A stretch of 64,000 nt of DNA from Chrysomallon squamiferum (GCA_012295275.1 CM022670.1:34038001-34102000), one strand, 5' to 3'. Numbered from the stretch's first letter, positions 25,888 to 42,912 are shown. Notes: generated by a model not told the origin, from the sequence alone. Numbers and translations are program-made.

Positions 25888-25938
<51 letters not shown>

Positions 25939-26828
25939 GATGATGACGAAGATGTTAAAACAATAAATAAATATATATATAAAGAAAAGTTCACATAAGT
26001 CAACGTTCTCTCTGTATGATTCAACGATATCTGAATTTTTCTTTTATCATGTCATATATTAATATAAACATCCATATCAGAATTCAGTGTATTTATATAC
26101 ACTTCCACGGGTACGTAACTGAAACCGCTAATATTTTACACATATGTGAAAGATAAGAATGTAACTTGAAGAGAGAAAAAGGAAAGATAGAGATGATATG
26201 ATATACGTATTACATTAAAGTGAGTGTATGTGTGTATATGTGTACATAGGCTTAACGACTTTAAATCTTTCTCCTACGGAGAACTACTTAGGCTCACGGT
26301 TCTATAAATAAAAATTTAAAAAAAATGAGTAAACAACAAAAGCTATAAAATAAGACTATCAAGATACATCTGAAATATTTGTGAGGCTGAGAGTATACAA
26401 CATTCGCGGTTTTTCTAATGGGAGTAATTCTCAGTCGAAAGATAAAAATAACAATAGGTTACTGTTATTCTTATTATTCTTAATTACAATTTTCTGTTCA
26501 ATGAAATGATTACGTCTTCGATCGAAAACAGACTATAACGCGAACTGCTGCAAAAAATTTCTATTCATTTGATGAAATATGAATTGATCTAACCAAACAC
26601 AAAACGTTATTATATTAATATAAAGTAGACAAATTCGTGGAAGCAGATCAACCCAAAGACGTTAGACAGCCGCGGTCGAGGTGATGGACACTACTGATAT
26701 TGACGTTGCCAACGCATAGGTCTTCGCCGACACGATAGTCCCATTCACAGCTCAATCAACGTCATATTTACCGTGATTTAAAACTCTTTTGTCAGAATGT
26801 CTTAAAGACAGAGACACAAATAAAACAC

Positions 26829-26907
<79 letters not shown>

Positions 26908-26954
26908 GTAATTGTGTATATATATTTTACCATTAATTTTCAATGAATGAATAA

Positions 26955-27048
<94 letters not shown>

Positions 27049-28335
27049 AGACGAGAAGGATAGTGAGAAAAAGAGAGATTGAAAGAAAGACGAAAGAGAG
27101 ACTCGTGGAACAAAAACTTCAAAGCAAATGAATGAATGATTACAAGTTAACATATCTGAGTACTAAACATTAAATATTTCTAGACTGGAGGACAGGTTTT
27201 ATACAAATCACAAATTATATGAGAAATGATCGTGGTGATCAAACTAGCAATATTATGCATCGGAGGAGAGGCGGGTAAAAATTCCAGACATGTATTATCT
27301 TATTAAACAACCACGTTCTAAAAGTATAATCGAAACGTGATTTCTGGAATTAGATTCATCATAAAATTAATACTCGAGCTGGTTTTAGGCAGGAACGTGC
27401 ACTGAAAACCCTCAACACCCACACAAAACTATTAAACTCTGTGTACAGACAAAATCAAAACCAAATAACAGTAAAAGTTAATCATATACGTCTGGTATAT
27501 ATATATCATTAAATTAAACACTTACTTTGTTCAGATCACAGAACTATATGTCCCCTGTGACAAAAAAAAAATCCTCGCTAAACAACTGCAGAATAAACAG
27601 ACATCACAGAAAACACCGACACATAAAACACAGACATATGTTTCTACTTGTCAGTTGGGACACAGATGTGAAGGCACCTTGTACAGTGTGAAATATGCTG
27701 TTGTAAAATTCAGAGAGAACAAAAAAAAAACACGAAAACTTCCATACTCAAGGCAGCGTTTATAATTATAAGTGAACGCTTGCCAGAAAGCTGAACGCGA
27801 TTGTAAAGATTAACGTTCACAACATCAGTTATCAAACATTTCGTAATGAAAACAGTTTTCGTCCAGTCAGAGTGTTCCAAACTCGATAAGCACTTCAACT
27901 AGACTTTGAACAGCTGGGCTACGACCAACACCCTGTTAAATAACGTTTTACATTATGACATGTTTTTTTTTTTTTTAAAACGAACTGTAAATGAATACCT
28001 GAAGCGCGTACTTTTTGAACAGTCTGTGTGTGGTCACCAGTGGTTGAAATAAACCTGCCGTATTATTATTAATAATGCGAATAATGCGCGTACACTCAAC
28101 GATTTTATGATTACACGTTTGCTTTCGATTATCGGAAGAAAGATCTCAATGTCATCAGCATTTATTAGCTTCAGCAGCTGCAGGAACAATAATTTAAGGA
28201 CATCTGAATAAGCATAAAAACGGATTAATCGAGGTTTATAGAAGGACCATTGTTATTTATCACATTGCATATTAACATGGTATGTAGTTCATACAGTGGC
28301 AGTTTCTGATGTTTGTATATATAATACATAATACA

Positions 28336-28432
<97 letters not shown>

Positions 28433-28456
28433 TTATTCATTCAACACACACTCAAA

Positions 28457-28543
<87 letters not shown>

Positions 28544-29214
28544 ACCATCTAAAGTGAACCATATATCTTAAATCTTAAGACTCATAATTAGTTTAGCAAG
28601 TAATAAATGAAATTTCTCGAAACCTCTCGTATGCACCTCAAACGTTCCTAGAATAAAAAATGTCGACAGCAGCTCTATGAATCACGCTTAGTGCAAACAG
28701 AAAAACGTGCTAAGTGGAGTGAGCCATGTTTGTATTGGTACTGAAATTAAAGTGTGTACATTTCAACGTACACGTTCTTTTTATCATCTCTTTTTTATTG
28801 TAAATCATATCCTGTTTTTTTTTTTTTTTTTTTTTTTTTAACTTCTTCTTGTAAATAAAACACACCCTGGTTAGAGCGGAGAACCAAAAAAAAAGGACAT
28901 TATAACGGATATTGAATTTGTCTCATTTATGACGTTTAAGAGATAATAAAAAGACTACCATATAAATTATTTCATTTTTTTTTTTTTTTTTAAGCAATAA
29001 AGGGAGTATACTCCGATTATGGACCAAAAGTAAACAGTGCTGATGTTACAATAGCTTTCAAATGCAGCATCCTTTATTTATAATATTTTAAATATTAAAA
29101 GATTTAACTGAATGTTGGCGGTTCGATATAGAATAAAGTTTTAATGTTTGTTCTGGGATATAAATGTAGGCCTATAACTTTGTATATTCAGTAACTATAA
29201 ACACTTTTTAAAAC

Positions 29215-29300
<86 letters not shown>

Positions 29301-29385
29301 CTCTTTTTCTTTCCGGTTTTCACTCTAACATGTACCCAAATACATACATATCCACATTTAAATACTTCAGTACAGACAGTTACCG

Positions 29386-29439
<54 letters not shown>

Positions 29440-29806
29440 ACCCACCCACACACACACACTGTATATACGGCTATATTTAATGGACTATCTGGAAGTTATG
29501 ATCTTCTGTCTCGATGGAATAAATGGCGCCCTGTCGGAGGAAAGATAAAATGTTCACCTAATGCGGCTATAAATTATCGCATGAAACAGCAGGGATAGGA
29601 AAATATACAGATATTTTTATCTGAATAACTAAATTTTATAACTTGGTTTTAATGCGGACACCGTGCCCTAGATTAGTTTTGTCCCTTCCATTCCGAAACG
29701 CAGTGAACTGCACGTTCGATTAAAATATTTGTCTTTATTTATTTATGTAAATTTTATTTTAATATTATACGCCACGTTCGGTTTTATATACACACAGAGA
29801 GAGAGA

Positions 29807-29851
<45 letters not shown>

Positions 29852-30129
29852 ACGTATGTACATATACAGAGGTGAACTGCAACAGGGCTTAAATATGTTT
29901 TTGCCAAAACTGATACACTGTTAATAATGATTAACCACTGCTTCCTGACGAAAAACCTAATTTGTTAGAAAATCATTAACATCCAGTAGTAAAGGACCAT
30001 AGAACTTTTATATACAGAACAAAAGAAGTTATATTCTTTTACCTTTTCGTCTTTTCTTCTTCTACTTATTTATTTATTTATTTATTTGCATTCTGTTTAA
30101 AAATAATAAATTGTCTGTAAGCGCTTTTG

Positions 30130-30160
<31 letters not shown>

Positions 30161-33100
30161 ACACACAAAGAAAACAACAACACACACACATACCTGTATA
30201 TAATAATAATAACAACAATAATAATAATAATATGTCCTAATATATTATAGACATTTAAATTTTTTTTTTTAATTTACACATTATTCATAATAATAATAAT
30301 AATAATAATATTTAACTAAAAAGTGATTATTGTCTGTATATAACACAAATATTTGAATTCACAAGCTACTGGTTTTAAATAAAAAACTTACATTCTTTAA
30401 CTAACTTCAGGTACAGTTTTATCAGGAATCTTTAGTCGCAATTCCAAATACATATAATACTTATTGAAAATGGTTTTAATGAAAAGGTACAGCACAGATA
30501 TTACAAAATAAATAAAATTATCACTCACCTGAAATAAAACTAAGCTGAAAACACAAACATTCGACTTTGCTTTGAACGTGGACATTAAGCTATACATATA
30601 TTTAGATTCTTTTTTTTAAAAGAAAATTTTTTCTTGTTGCATCCGCGTTGAAATCGGCTGTCAAAGTTAAACTGCTTTTCTTGACATTTTCACCAGTAAC
30701 AACTCGATATATCTAACAGACGGGATACACGTTTCAGATTTCAACTCGAAATATACAAAGATAACATACACATTCCTATGGTAATCACAACAGAAAAAAC
30801 AACCAACTGAAAGTAAAAAAACACAAACAACAACAAAAAAAAAAAAACAGTCAACATTATAAAATTTCTAACTGAGAACGCGGAAAACATTAACACCACA
30901 CGGAAGCACAAATCTTTTGTTACCGAGTAAAAAAATGTGCGACCGGTTAAGAAAACTAGCAAGATGAAAGCCGGGTAAGAAACAAACACTCAGGTACGCA
31001 CTACACACAGAACTCATTTCTGCTGGTTTACATCAACTTAGTTTTAAAACCAAACACAAACAAATTTTTTTACCTTTCTCGACCTCCTGCGATACCGTAT
31101 TGTTTCCATCTTTCGCTGACCCACTTCGGGTTTTGCTTCGACAGAGTGTGGAGGGTTTAAGAAGTTTGAACGAGATTGCCAGCTGTCCCCGTGTCTCGTC
31201 ATTTCAAACAGCCTCTTTGCCTACGTATCTTTGTTATATACAGTCACGCTCGGTGTGCCAATAGTCACTTGTGTGATGATCACTGTGAAAACCAACCATC
31301 TAGCTGTGACAATGAAACGCATAAACAGCCTGGTGATCTGTGTTTATGTTCGTTTATGTGGCGTAGACGAGGAATGTGATATTATTATTATTATTATTAC
31401 TGTTGTTGTTGTTGTTTTTATAATTATTGTTGTTGTGTTGCTGCTGTTATTGTCATTATTATTGTTGTTGTTGTTGTTCTTATTATTATTGTTGTTGTTG
31501 TTTTTATTATTATTGTTGTCGAGTTGCTGCTGTTATTGTCATTATTATTATTATTATTGTTGTTGTTGTTGTTTTTTGTTTTTTTTGTCGTGTTGCTGCT
31601 GTTATTGTCATCCTTATTGTTATTGTTGTTGTCATCTTTATTGTTTTTAATCCTGTAGACGTTTTTGTTATTGTTTTGTTAGTATTTTTATTACTGTTGA
31701 TCATGTGAGTGTTATGTGGTATTTATACAGTTGGTTAATGTCGTAGTATCATTTTGTATTATGTAACTGTAATCGATGTTATTGTTGATGGCGTCGACGT
31801 GAAGTTATGTTTCTCGCACAGTTAGGTTTGTTTTCAAACGCTGTAACGCTAGCCAGGAAGATTTTGTTTTCAGCTCTGTATGTTTCGTACAGCTTTAGAA
31901 TTTTGAATCAGTACTCTCTCTCAATAGCCGGTGACTCATACACTGTCAACAGTTCATGTGATGTCGGATACTAATGTTTAACAAGACCTAGATATTTTTA
32001 ACTGTCAATAGGCATTATGTGAAAAAAATACAAATTGTATGCCGTCGATATGAGAAAAAAACCGTGTCCTGCACCTGCATGGGTTACTGATCGATTAGCA
32101 AGAAAGTATTTTTTAAATGTACCTCCCCATAGAATGTACAGCAAATACCGGAGTCTTTGATTAAATACTGGCTGGAACGGGATACTGTCCACTAGAAACA
32201 CTGGGGATGACCGAACAGGCTACAGTCAAGTTTCAAGACAACATTCATCTTCTGAATTCCAATCTTCTTACTGTGATGTATTAACGATCGGGAATATTTC
32301 ATCTCTTATCTATATTTGCTGGACAATTTCTTCACTTATTAGAAACACGGGAGTTTACCACTACGACTGGAAAGTTTAGAAGAAATGACAACACATATTA
32401 AGAAAAAAAAAAACACCTTGTGACGCATATTGTTAAACTGCAGACTGAAAGATGCACATCAGTTTCTCTTCTGTGAATGGCATTTAAAAGTTGACTGAAA
32501 AACGGATTTCAATTGGAACCACTACTGATGCAGTTAACCTACTTCTGCGTCTCCTGTTAACGCAAGAATCCCCAGAGAACTGACGTGTTTTTAAGTTAAA
32601 CATGCTATGGTCAAGAGACCTTCGAAACTTTCTGTCTCGACTTCGACGCGATAATTAGATTAGTCAGGGCGTATTTGAAAATGTATTTAAGTACTTCAAA
32701 AGTGAATCCGTTCTGTTTAAAGAAGATACATTTATCTTTTTCACAATTTTTATGTAAGTAGGATCGACTTGTCGGTATTTTTATTGCTGTTTGTTACTTT
32801 CAGAGGTTTTATGGACGTTAGTGTCAACTTGGCTGTAATTGAGTTATTCTGTAAGAGATTAAATCAGTGATGCAATAATCAGAAGACAATGGTATTTCAT
32901 GTATTGAATACCATTGAAGAAAACTGTTATATATCAAAGCATACGATACCAGAACAAAAATGAGATCCAAGACAAACACATAATTTTAACATAGATAGAA
33001 TTTGACTAACACAGACAAACACAAAGTAGCTATATAATTCCAGACAGAAAAACAAAATGGCATAAAGCCTGTAATCTCTCCTTCCTCTCCAAAAGAATTC

Positions 33101-33511
33101 AGAAAATAAACAAGAATAAACAACAGTAAAGCCCACCTCGACATCTAATAAACTAATCAAAACCTCCTTCCCAAAATATTACCCATATTTGTAAATAAAG
33201 TGCATTTCATTTTAACACAGCTGCATATTATGCAAAGAACTAATTTACACATTTTTTTATTCAAACTGAAAAATGTGTCATGTATCTAAATATATCTTTA
33301 ACTTTAATTTAGAACATATTTGCCGCAGAAAAAAAATATACAGGCTTAAACCTTCCTTCAGAAAAAAAAAGTGTTTTCATAATTCACAAATACGTTTGCA
33401 CATGGTAATATTTTAAGTAATTGTGCTAACTTGAGATAAGGAATATCGATAAAAGATGTATCTGAGAAAACAAAGAAAATTCCAGTGTTAGTCACAAAAC
33501 CCGAACACATC

Positions 33512-33548
<37 letters not shown>

Positions 33549-35850
33549 ATACTGCTACAAGGACAATCGCATACGTATGAAAACATTCCTAAAGACATAC
33601 AGACAAACATAGAGGGATAGATAGACAAATATAGAGAGATCGGGAAAGGTAAAAAGAGAGAGACAAACAGAAACAGAGAGGGATAGAAAGACAGGGAAAG
33701 TAAAAGAGAGGGAGACAAACAGATAAAGAGAGGGATAGAAAGACAGACAGATAAACAGAGAGGGATATGTATATATATAGAGAGAGAAAAAGAGAGAGAG
33801 AGAGGACAATTTAAAACATACGTACGGAAACTGTTCAATACAAGCTGTTAGCGCTTAAGATGTCCTATAATAATGATACAATAATCTTCGTCTGGCAAAA
33901 ATCACATGCTGTTCAGATAAACATTTCCGCAATAACTGACAAAATAAAAACTAACAGAAGAGGATTAATGTGATATAGTATCTATTTGCCCCTTCATAAA
34001 TAACCATATTTACTTTGACGTCAACACTAAATAATTATTTTATAAGGCTCTTACAGTAATATAACACATTAAGAAGGATTAATGCAGAAAGCTACCGTGT
34101 GCAATTGTTCAAAAATGTTTTTGATGTCGGGGTCTCTCATTATTCCGCAGTTAAACGTTTTGCAGAGGTTCGTAGTCATGTTTTAATAAGATCTTAGGAA
34201 GGTAAAAAGAAAACAGATATAAATACTTAACGTAAAAATAATAAGTGGAGCAATATCATCTTAAAACAATACTAGCCACAATACTCCCTCTCCCTAGAAA
34301 AAAAAAAAAAAAAAAAAAAAAAAATCACAAAACAACATAACCATGTAGTTAGATCCATTCTATCCATTCTAAGTTAAACTCTAGATTTAGTGGTTTTTGA
34401 ACTAACCATCGGGAGACAAGAATTTGTTATAAATTATAAAGAGTTTGATCCTGTGAATAAACGTATTAACCCCACAGAAGAAACCAGTAATCACAGTGAT
34501 AGTATTAGAAATAGCTGCAACATCAATATATTAGCCATATTACCATTACCACAACCACTACTGCTACTACTATTACTGCGATTATTTCTTGTACCAGTCA
34601 AGACCGTAACCAACTGGCAAATAAGGCAAATGACGAAACTGACGATTTCTTTGTTTTAATTATTATTATTTTTTTATACAAAATTTTTATTTAAAAAGTA
34701 TAAAATAATAATTCTCTATTACGATAGAAACGATATCTACTGAATGAATTTGTTTATGTCTACGGTTACCGTTTGAAGTCTACAACCATCGTTGCGATGA
34801 AAGACATAACTGACTTCAAAGACATCAATTTTGGCCTCATTTCAAAAAGAGTCCAGTTAGAACCTTGCCAGTATCACTACTATTACAATAGTTACTAGTG
34901 TTATTACTTTTATCAATATTACTTCTACTAATACAATTACTACTTTTACTATTACCATTTATACGAATATTACTGCTACTGTTACTACCACTTGTACTAC
35001 TGCTACATTATATATATTTATTTATTTATTTAAGCAGGCCTTAACATTATAGGAATAATTATTTAAACAGACTCTATCGTTAAAATTATTTAAATAATCC
35101 AAATATTGAGAAATAATTAAACAAAACACATATCATAATTTATTTAAAGTCCACATAACGGGAAATATTTTAACAGGTCATAAAACGGGAATTATTTATA
35201 CAACCTATATAACGATAATTACTTAAATAGCCCACATAATGAGAATTAGTTAAACAGCCCATATAGTGAGAATAATTTAACTACCTGATTAAAAAAGATT
35301 TATATAAAGTGTACATATAACAAGAAGTGCAAGACGTATGAAAGATGATATTTTACAGGTAACAGATGTGGAACAGTAATTAACTGATAAAAGTCTTTTG
35401 AAACAGCCATAAAGTGAACAAACTGTCAGAGTTAAATATTTTATTATGTTATGTGTACGTCAATAAATACGTCATTTTAACGAAACGTAACTGGCGGGGA
35501 CCAAGAAGATGGAACGAAAGAAGAATAAGATGGTTAGAACGGGATGAAAGATGATGATGGTGATGATAATAATAATAATAATAAAAAGAAGAAGAAGAAG
35601 AAGACTAAGAAGAATAACTACAACAATAACAATAAAAAATGATGATGATAATATTAATATTGAAAACAACAGCAGCAACGATACAGTTACTACCACTACT
35701 ACTATTACTATTACTACAATTACTACCACTACCATTACCACTACTACTACTACTGCAACTACTGCAACTAGAATCATAATAATATAATTTACTTATGTAT
35801 TTGTAGCGGAAAATGTATTATATCCATTAAAGGATCCTTGATGGATTATT

Positions 35851-35881
<31 letters not shown>

Positions 35882-36572
35882 TTATTATTAATTTTTGGTA
35901 TACATATTAGGAAAGGTATACGGAACACATTATTAGTGTTCTGTTGTTTTTTCTTCTCTGATATTTAGAATCTGCCCTTGACATCGACTACGTTTTCTAC
36001 TAAAGAAAAAGTCATCAACCAAATATAGTTAGTTATCTTTTGAGACAGAGTTATCTTTTCAACATATGCTATCATCTGATAGCGTGTCTAAGCTTATTTA
36101 CAGAATATTTAACCAACGTGAAATATAATCAACGAAAACAGCTCACGCGTGTTAAGTCGAAATAACAGAGATAAGTTTAACTAAAATTCATATTTTATCT
36201 ATTTATTCATCATTTTCGTCTTCCTTTCTTTACATCTCCGAGTCTTCATAAACAAAACAAAGAAAAAAAAAACAAAAAAAAAAAAAAAAAGAAACAGACA
36301 AACAAGCAAACAACAACAAAAAACAAACAAACAACAATCCCAAAACAAAACGAAAATAACAGCAGCAACAAAAAAAAACCTCCTGAAAAAGACTGAAATA
36401 GGTAAACTGCAATTATTTATTTTCTCCTTCTATTTTAGACACTTTCAAGTATATCTCTGAACGGTGCAACACACTTTAATGATTACGAACTGACAGCCAT
36501 TAATAACAAAATATAATTAGTGAAACCAGTAAATACGTATATCAAGTACGTACACTCACATACACATATCAG

Positions 36573-36950
36573 TACATACATACATACATACACATACACA
36601 CATACATACATACACACATACACACACACATACATACATACATACATACATACATACATACATACATACATACATACATACATACATACATACATACATA
36701 CATACATACATACACATACACACATACATACATACATACATACATACATACATACATACATACATACATACATCCATACATACATACATACATACGTACG
36801 TACATCCATACATACATACATACATACATACATCCATCCATCCATCCATCCATCCATCCATCCATCCATCCATCCATACATCCATACATACATACATACA
36901 AACATAGATAGATACATACATACATACATACATACATACATACATTCATA
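36573..36950. repeat. Compound (TACA)n/(TCCA)n microsatellite
   Basis: Seen directly in the sequence. Confidence 0.95.
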
Positions 36951-38161
36951 CAAACATATATTCAGACACATATTCACACGTACATACATACAAACATATA
37001 TATACACAGATACGTTGCTTACAGTTATAAATAAAAAATGAACAAGAAAAAACCTGAACATCATGCATGCAGAAGCAAATAAAAAGACTTTTACTGGTGT
37101 GCGTCTTCCTGTCTGAGTGATGACAGTTTATTTCCTGTCAAGTAAAACGTTTTTGATGTTGTTAAAGAAAAGTCCTTTCATTTCTTCAGTACAGACCAGA
37201 TCCAAGTGTCCTGTTGCTAACAAACATTGTACGGCTGATCAAGAACTCTTAATAACAGTCTGGGAACGCTTCATTAACAAAGAACACCACGAAGCTGTAG
37301 AATTTTCTTTTGTTGTTTCGAGTATTATCAATACTTACAGAGGCATGAAGATAACGGAGATCTGCGTTATTAATATCCATCTGGTACATAAATTATATAA
37401 CATTACATTAATTGTATCTTAATATGCCTGTCAGAAAAAGTCGTAATGACCGTTTTGTATTAATAAGAAACGTTATTTGTTACCAAGCGAAGCTTAGGGT
37501 TTAGTTATAATTTGATAAAGCTGTAATTTGTCACGTTAATGTGGCTATGATGCTAAATTATTTGGAAACTGAGAATGCAGCTGAATGGTAAAATATGATG
37601 TAGAAAAAAAAACCACTGATTGTTTCTCTGCATGGATACGCACCACTGATTGATTCTCTGCCTGTATAAAACTGTACTGATTATTTTCTTGCATGCATTT
37701 CCAAGGCAGGTTTAGATGAAACCAGAGGCTTAAGATTTCCGAGGAAATTCTGTTAATTGTGTTGTTTTCCGTGTGGTCTTAGTAAGGCGGCACTCACTAA
37801 ATTACCAGCTCTGACTAAAGACAGGAGATCCTAATCTGTTCAAGTAAATGATGTTTGTTATAAATCTAAACCACATTTGAAATGGATTTTACTTTCAGTT
37901 TTGGGGGATTTTGGGGGGAATTTTTTTGTTTCTTGTTTCTGTTTTATTTTATTTTATTTAATGTTTTTGGACACTCGTTAGAAAAAAATACAATCTTCAA
38001 CCTGAAACTTTCAGGGAAAACTTTAATATATGAAAATTGTAAGAAAGAGAGAGATCGTAATAGTAATATTGAGATAGAAATATGTAGAGATAATAGACAG
38101 ATAGATAGAGACAGATAAATAGATAGATAGATATACAGACAAACAGACATAACAGAAACAA

Positions 38162-38239
<78 letters not shown>

Positions 38240-38245
<6 letters not shown>

Positions 38246-38480
38246 AAAGTACAAAACTGTAACAGTTAATAGATGTATATACTTAATATATAGTGTTACC
38301 TGTACAGTAAATAATGGATTTTTCTTTTTAAGTAACTTAATTATAATATATAAGCTTAATGCTTTATGTTCGACTACAAAGGAAATATGATAACATTATC
38401 AATTTGACAATTTAATTAGGAAACAAAACCAATTTATATTCTTTCAAATATAATATCAGATCTTTTAAATTAGTTATATA
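38240..38480 (+). repeat. Distant homolog of 12760-12980 (probable original far end of the duplicated unit)
   Basis: Shared motifs in order: gtatatacttaatatat, ttacctgtacagta, taatggatttttctt, aagcttaatgctttatgtt, actacaaaggaaat, ttaattaggaaacaaaac, atcagatcttttaa, tagttata. Both follow a (GA)n tract. Confidence 0.85.
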
Positions 38481-39921
38481 CAGACATATAGGAACCAGAC
38501 ACAGAAGGAAAAAAAAAAGAGAAAGAAAGAAACGTAAAAGTACAAATAAGGATTTTCAGAGAAGTTTGAACAGTGTATCGGAAGGAGCCCGAAGCTATGT
38601 AACCCCACCCCCCAAAAAAAAAAAATCAGCACGATATTCTAATGAAATGTTGTCAGTGTGAATAGAGTACATTGTAAGTACGTTTTATAAAAGCTTTAAA
38701 TCAGGGTAAAATTATAATGTCCATAATAAAGCTAAATCGAAAAACAAAATCGTTTTACGCTTAATTTCACATCGCAAATTAGTTTCTCATTTACTTAAAT
38801 AACAGATTAATACCTATTCTGCGAGGATAAATTTAAAAAAAAAAAAAAAAAAGATAAAAATTAAATTAAAAATAAATAAGTATTGAAACAAAAATACTAA
38901 TAAATATAATAATAATAAAACAACAACTATAAAAATAATATTAGTAATAAATAAATAAATAAATAAATAAATAAACAACAAACAAACAAAACAACAACAA
39001 TAAATCAATAAATTTAAAAAAAGTAAAAAAGTAAAAAAATAAACAAAACAAACAAACAAATGAAAAATATGAACTGCAACTCTCACCCTAAAAATCAACT
39101 ATCTGTGTTTACATTTCATTAACAAACAGAAATAAATTAGAAGACTAAAAAAAACCCCACCTATATATAACAACATCATGCTAACTATCTTCTCATCAAA
39201 CTGTAAAACACTGAAACACATCCTTAGCTCCTCTTTTTTTTTTTTTCGCACGAAGCAGGTGGGTCATGAGGAAATTACAATTAATTAATGAAGGTAACTG
39301 AGTGTTTTAGACTCCCCACAGATGTGTTGAGGGGGTGAGACTGGGAGGGTGAAGATAAAAACTGTTTTTCAGCTGTCGTTATTTAATTAAACGTTTCGCC
39401 CTAGACGTGATGTTCCGAGCACGGAGCATCACGTTTATTGATTTCGTTAACTTTATTTAAAACGAGAACAGATTAAACTGACTGGTTGATATAAAACAGC
39501 GTAAATCCACGTTTGCACACAGACAGAGAGACACTGGTGTAGATGAAATAATATTTATCCAAAAAAATAAATAAAATAAAATAATAAGGTAAAACACGGA
39601 AGAAAATGGAAACCAAAAAAAATAAAAAAAAAAAAAAAAAATAATAATAATAATAAATAATAAAAATAAATATTGCAAAGATACAGATAACAATGATAAT
39701 ATCACAAGTATCATAATCATCAACAACAAACTCAGAACCAGTAATGATAATAATAATAACAATACTAATAATAATGAGTATCATGATCATGATAATGATG
39801 GCGATGATGACAGTAATATTAACAAAACAAGTAACCAACAAAAAAAAATCAACAACAATAGTATCGACATATGACAAGAAATGAATTTGATTAAATTAAA
39901 AACAACACAACAAAAATAACA

Positions 39922-39983
<62 letters not shown>

Positions 39984-40447
39984 ATAATAATAATAATAAT
40001 AATAATAATATAAAATAAAAACATTAAAATAAAATAAATAAAAATCTTGAAACATTCTCGAGTAATTGAAACTCTTTTGACTAAATATGAGTAAATGTAA
40101 CATGGATAATTAACAAGCAAATCTTGATCTGAAATTTTTTTAATTTTAATTTAAAAATGTACTTCCTGAAAGAAACGAGAGATCAGCGGCAGTATGAGAC
40201 ATGTAAGTCTGTTGATCTCACGTCAGAGTATAAAATTACCACTTATCGAAAAAGTGAAAATGATACCCAACGGGCAAATTGCCTGCTCAGTGAAAAATAC
40301 GATTTCTGTTCTATTTGCGGTTTAATCTTTAACAGCAGCAAAACTATCTTCTATTAAAAAAAAAAAAAAAAAAATTAAAAAAAAAGAAACGCTTCAATAA
40401 TAAAGAAAAGAGAATGATATATAGACATATAGAACGATGGATGGATG

Positions 40448-40564
<117 letters not shown>

Positions 40565-41351
40565 GCTAATTAATAACAGTTAGTTACTTCAGGTAAATAA
40601 ATGCATTACACCTTTCTCACTGTGATTCATAAATTCTTGCACGCTCTCTTTTTATTACATACAAGATTCTTATTGAAAAGCACAGACTAATAAACTTCTT
40701 TTCCAAACATCAATAAATCTGTCACGTTCACACAACAACATTTCTCTACACATAACAAAAAACATAAAAAAACAACAAACTAAAACTTACTTTTAGCTCG
40801 AATGTCACCATTCTCTCCCAAACCGCAAAACAAATTAATTCCATCATCATTTCTCCTCAGCCCAAAATACACTCCAGTGAATCCGTACAGGTATTATATA
40901 CAGCACATATATATATATATATATATACATCATTCAAGTTATGTCTGTCAGTGCCAAGCCTATCGATTAAATTTCAAGTATTCAACGACCAAGTGAAGGT
41001 TACAAGCTGATAAGTGAATGGTTATTTATTGCTACTAACCTCTAAAGGTACCGAGTCAGTAGCACGCACGCTACCTTATCAGAAATGTAGAAATATATAA
41101 GTGTTATATACTCGGTATTGAAAATACAGGTGCTGAAAGAAGCAGAGGAATCCTCTGCATTCCACAGATTAATGATTGACATGGGACTGTTATTGCATCT
41201 GTTGGGTAATTTTGTCAGTTAGGAAGATGATGGTGGTGGTGGATACACTGAGGTAAATTCATATCGTGTTACACAGAGGACCCATGCTGAGAAGATTAAT
41301 TTGAAACCAACGATTTAGATTACTAAATATTTCGTGGAAAAGTAAATAGAA

Positions 41352-41394
<43 letters not shown>

Positions 41395-42249
41395 AGAAGT
41401 ATGAAAAGCCTGCAGGATATACGCCTCTTTGTAATTAATCAAATTATCACAAAAGCCAAAAATGGTTCGTGAATTTTCAATTTCAATAGTCCTGCGTAAG
41501 TGCTTACGTCATCATCTCTGTTAATTATTTATTATTTTTCAAATGTTATCCACCACAGATTTAACTGTACAACAATAAAAAGAACTGGTCGATTAATACT
41601 GTGACTACGGAAATACGTGTTATATCTCTGACGCAAAACACACATGAACGTGAATACGTATGTCAATGCAAAGCTTGCAATTAAATTTACAGAGCTTGCA
41701 ATTATAACCAGTAATGCTTTATTTATTGTTTGAACTCTATAAACTAATCAAAAGAATAAAAATAGATGTTTTAGCAAGAAAAGAAAAGAAAAAAAACCCA
41801 CCTAAAACATAAGTAAAAACATTAATATACATAATTATTTGTTTAAATTATATTTTTGTTTATTTCTCGTACAAATGTTGTTCAACTTTTGTATGTACTA
41901 ATCTGAAGTCTAAAAGAGGGTGCAGAAAACTTTAAAGTGTTTATACACAAAGATCAAAGAAATTCTCACCCGTCAAAACAGAATACCACCAGATTTCAGA
42001 AATATTTTTTTGAGTCTCTGTATCTTGAAGTCATCAAGATGAAAACATGTTTTCTTTTTCTTAAGTTTAACTATTGATATATATAAAAAAAACCATATCA
42101 CTAGTTTATGTCAAGGCCAACTACTTCAAAAACATGAAAATTATTTAATTTAGAAAATAGGTCTTGTTTTCATTCTATATACTAGTAAAGATGTTTATAT
42201 GTTAATAATGGAATCTGTTTCGTAAATGTAACTAACACATAGAAACACA

Positions 42250-42610
<361 letters not shown>

Positions 42611-42912
42611 ACACATATGGGTTAATTTATAAATATCATATTAATATTCTCTCCAAAACTCAAAACAAGGTTAATTTTGTTAAATCAAAACAGATTTCAT
42701 TTAGCTTCACCTTCATCTTACTTTACTTTATCATTATCTGTTTTCTCGACATAACTGTACTCGAATCAGTGATATAACAGTCAGTTATAATTAGGAAGAT
42801 GTCTCTTTCTGTCAGTCTGTATTGATTACTGACTCAACTCAGAAAGGCCCCGCACACATTAATTTAAAATTTGATAAACGAGTTGTCTATAATTATTAAT
42901 GCTGATCGTAAT

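Noticed and set aside
36483-37064. Long low-complexity ORFs (also 3233-3709, 16585-16965, 31231-31708, 42182-42777, 42988-43581, 54086-54429)
   Set aside because: Translations of microsatellites that lack stop codons; no domain signal.
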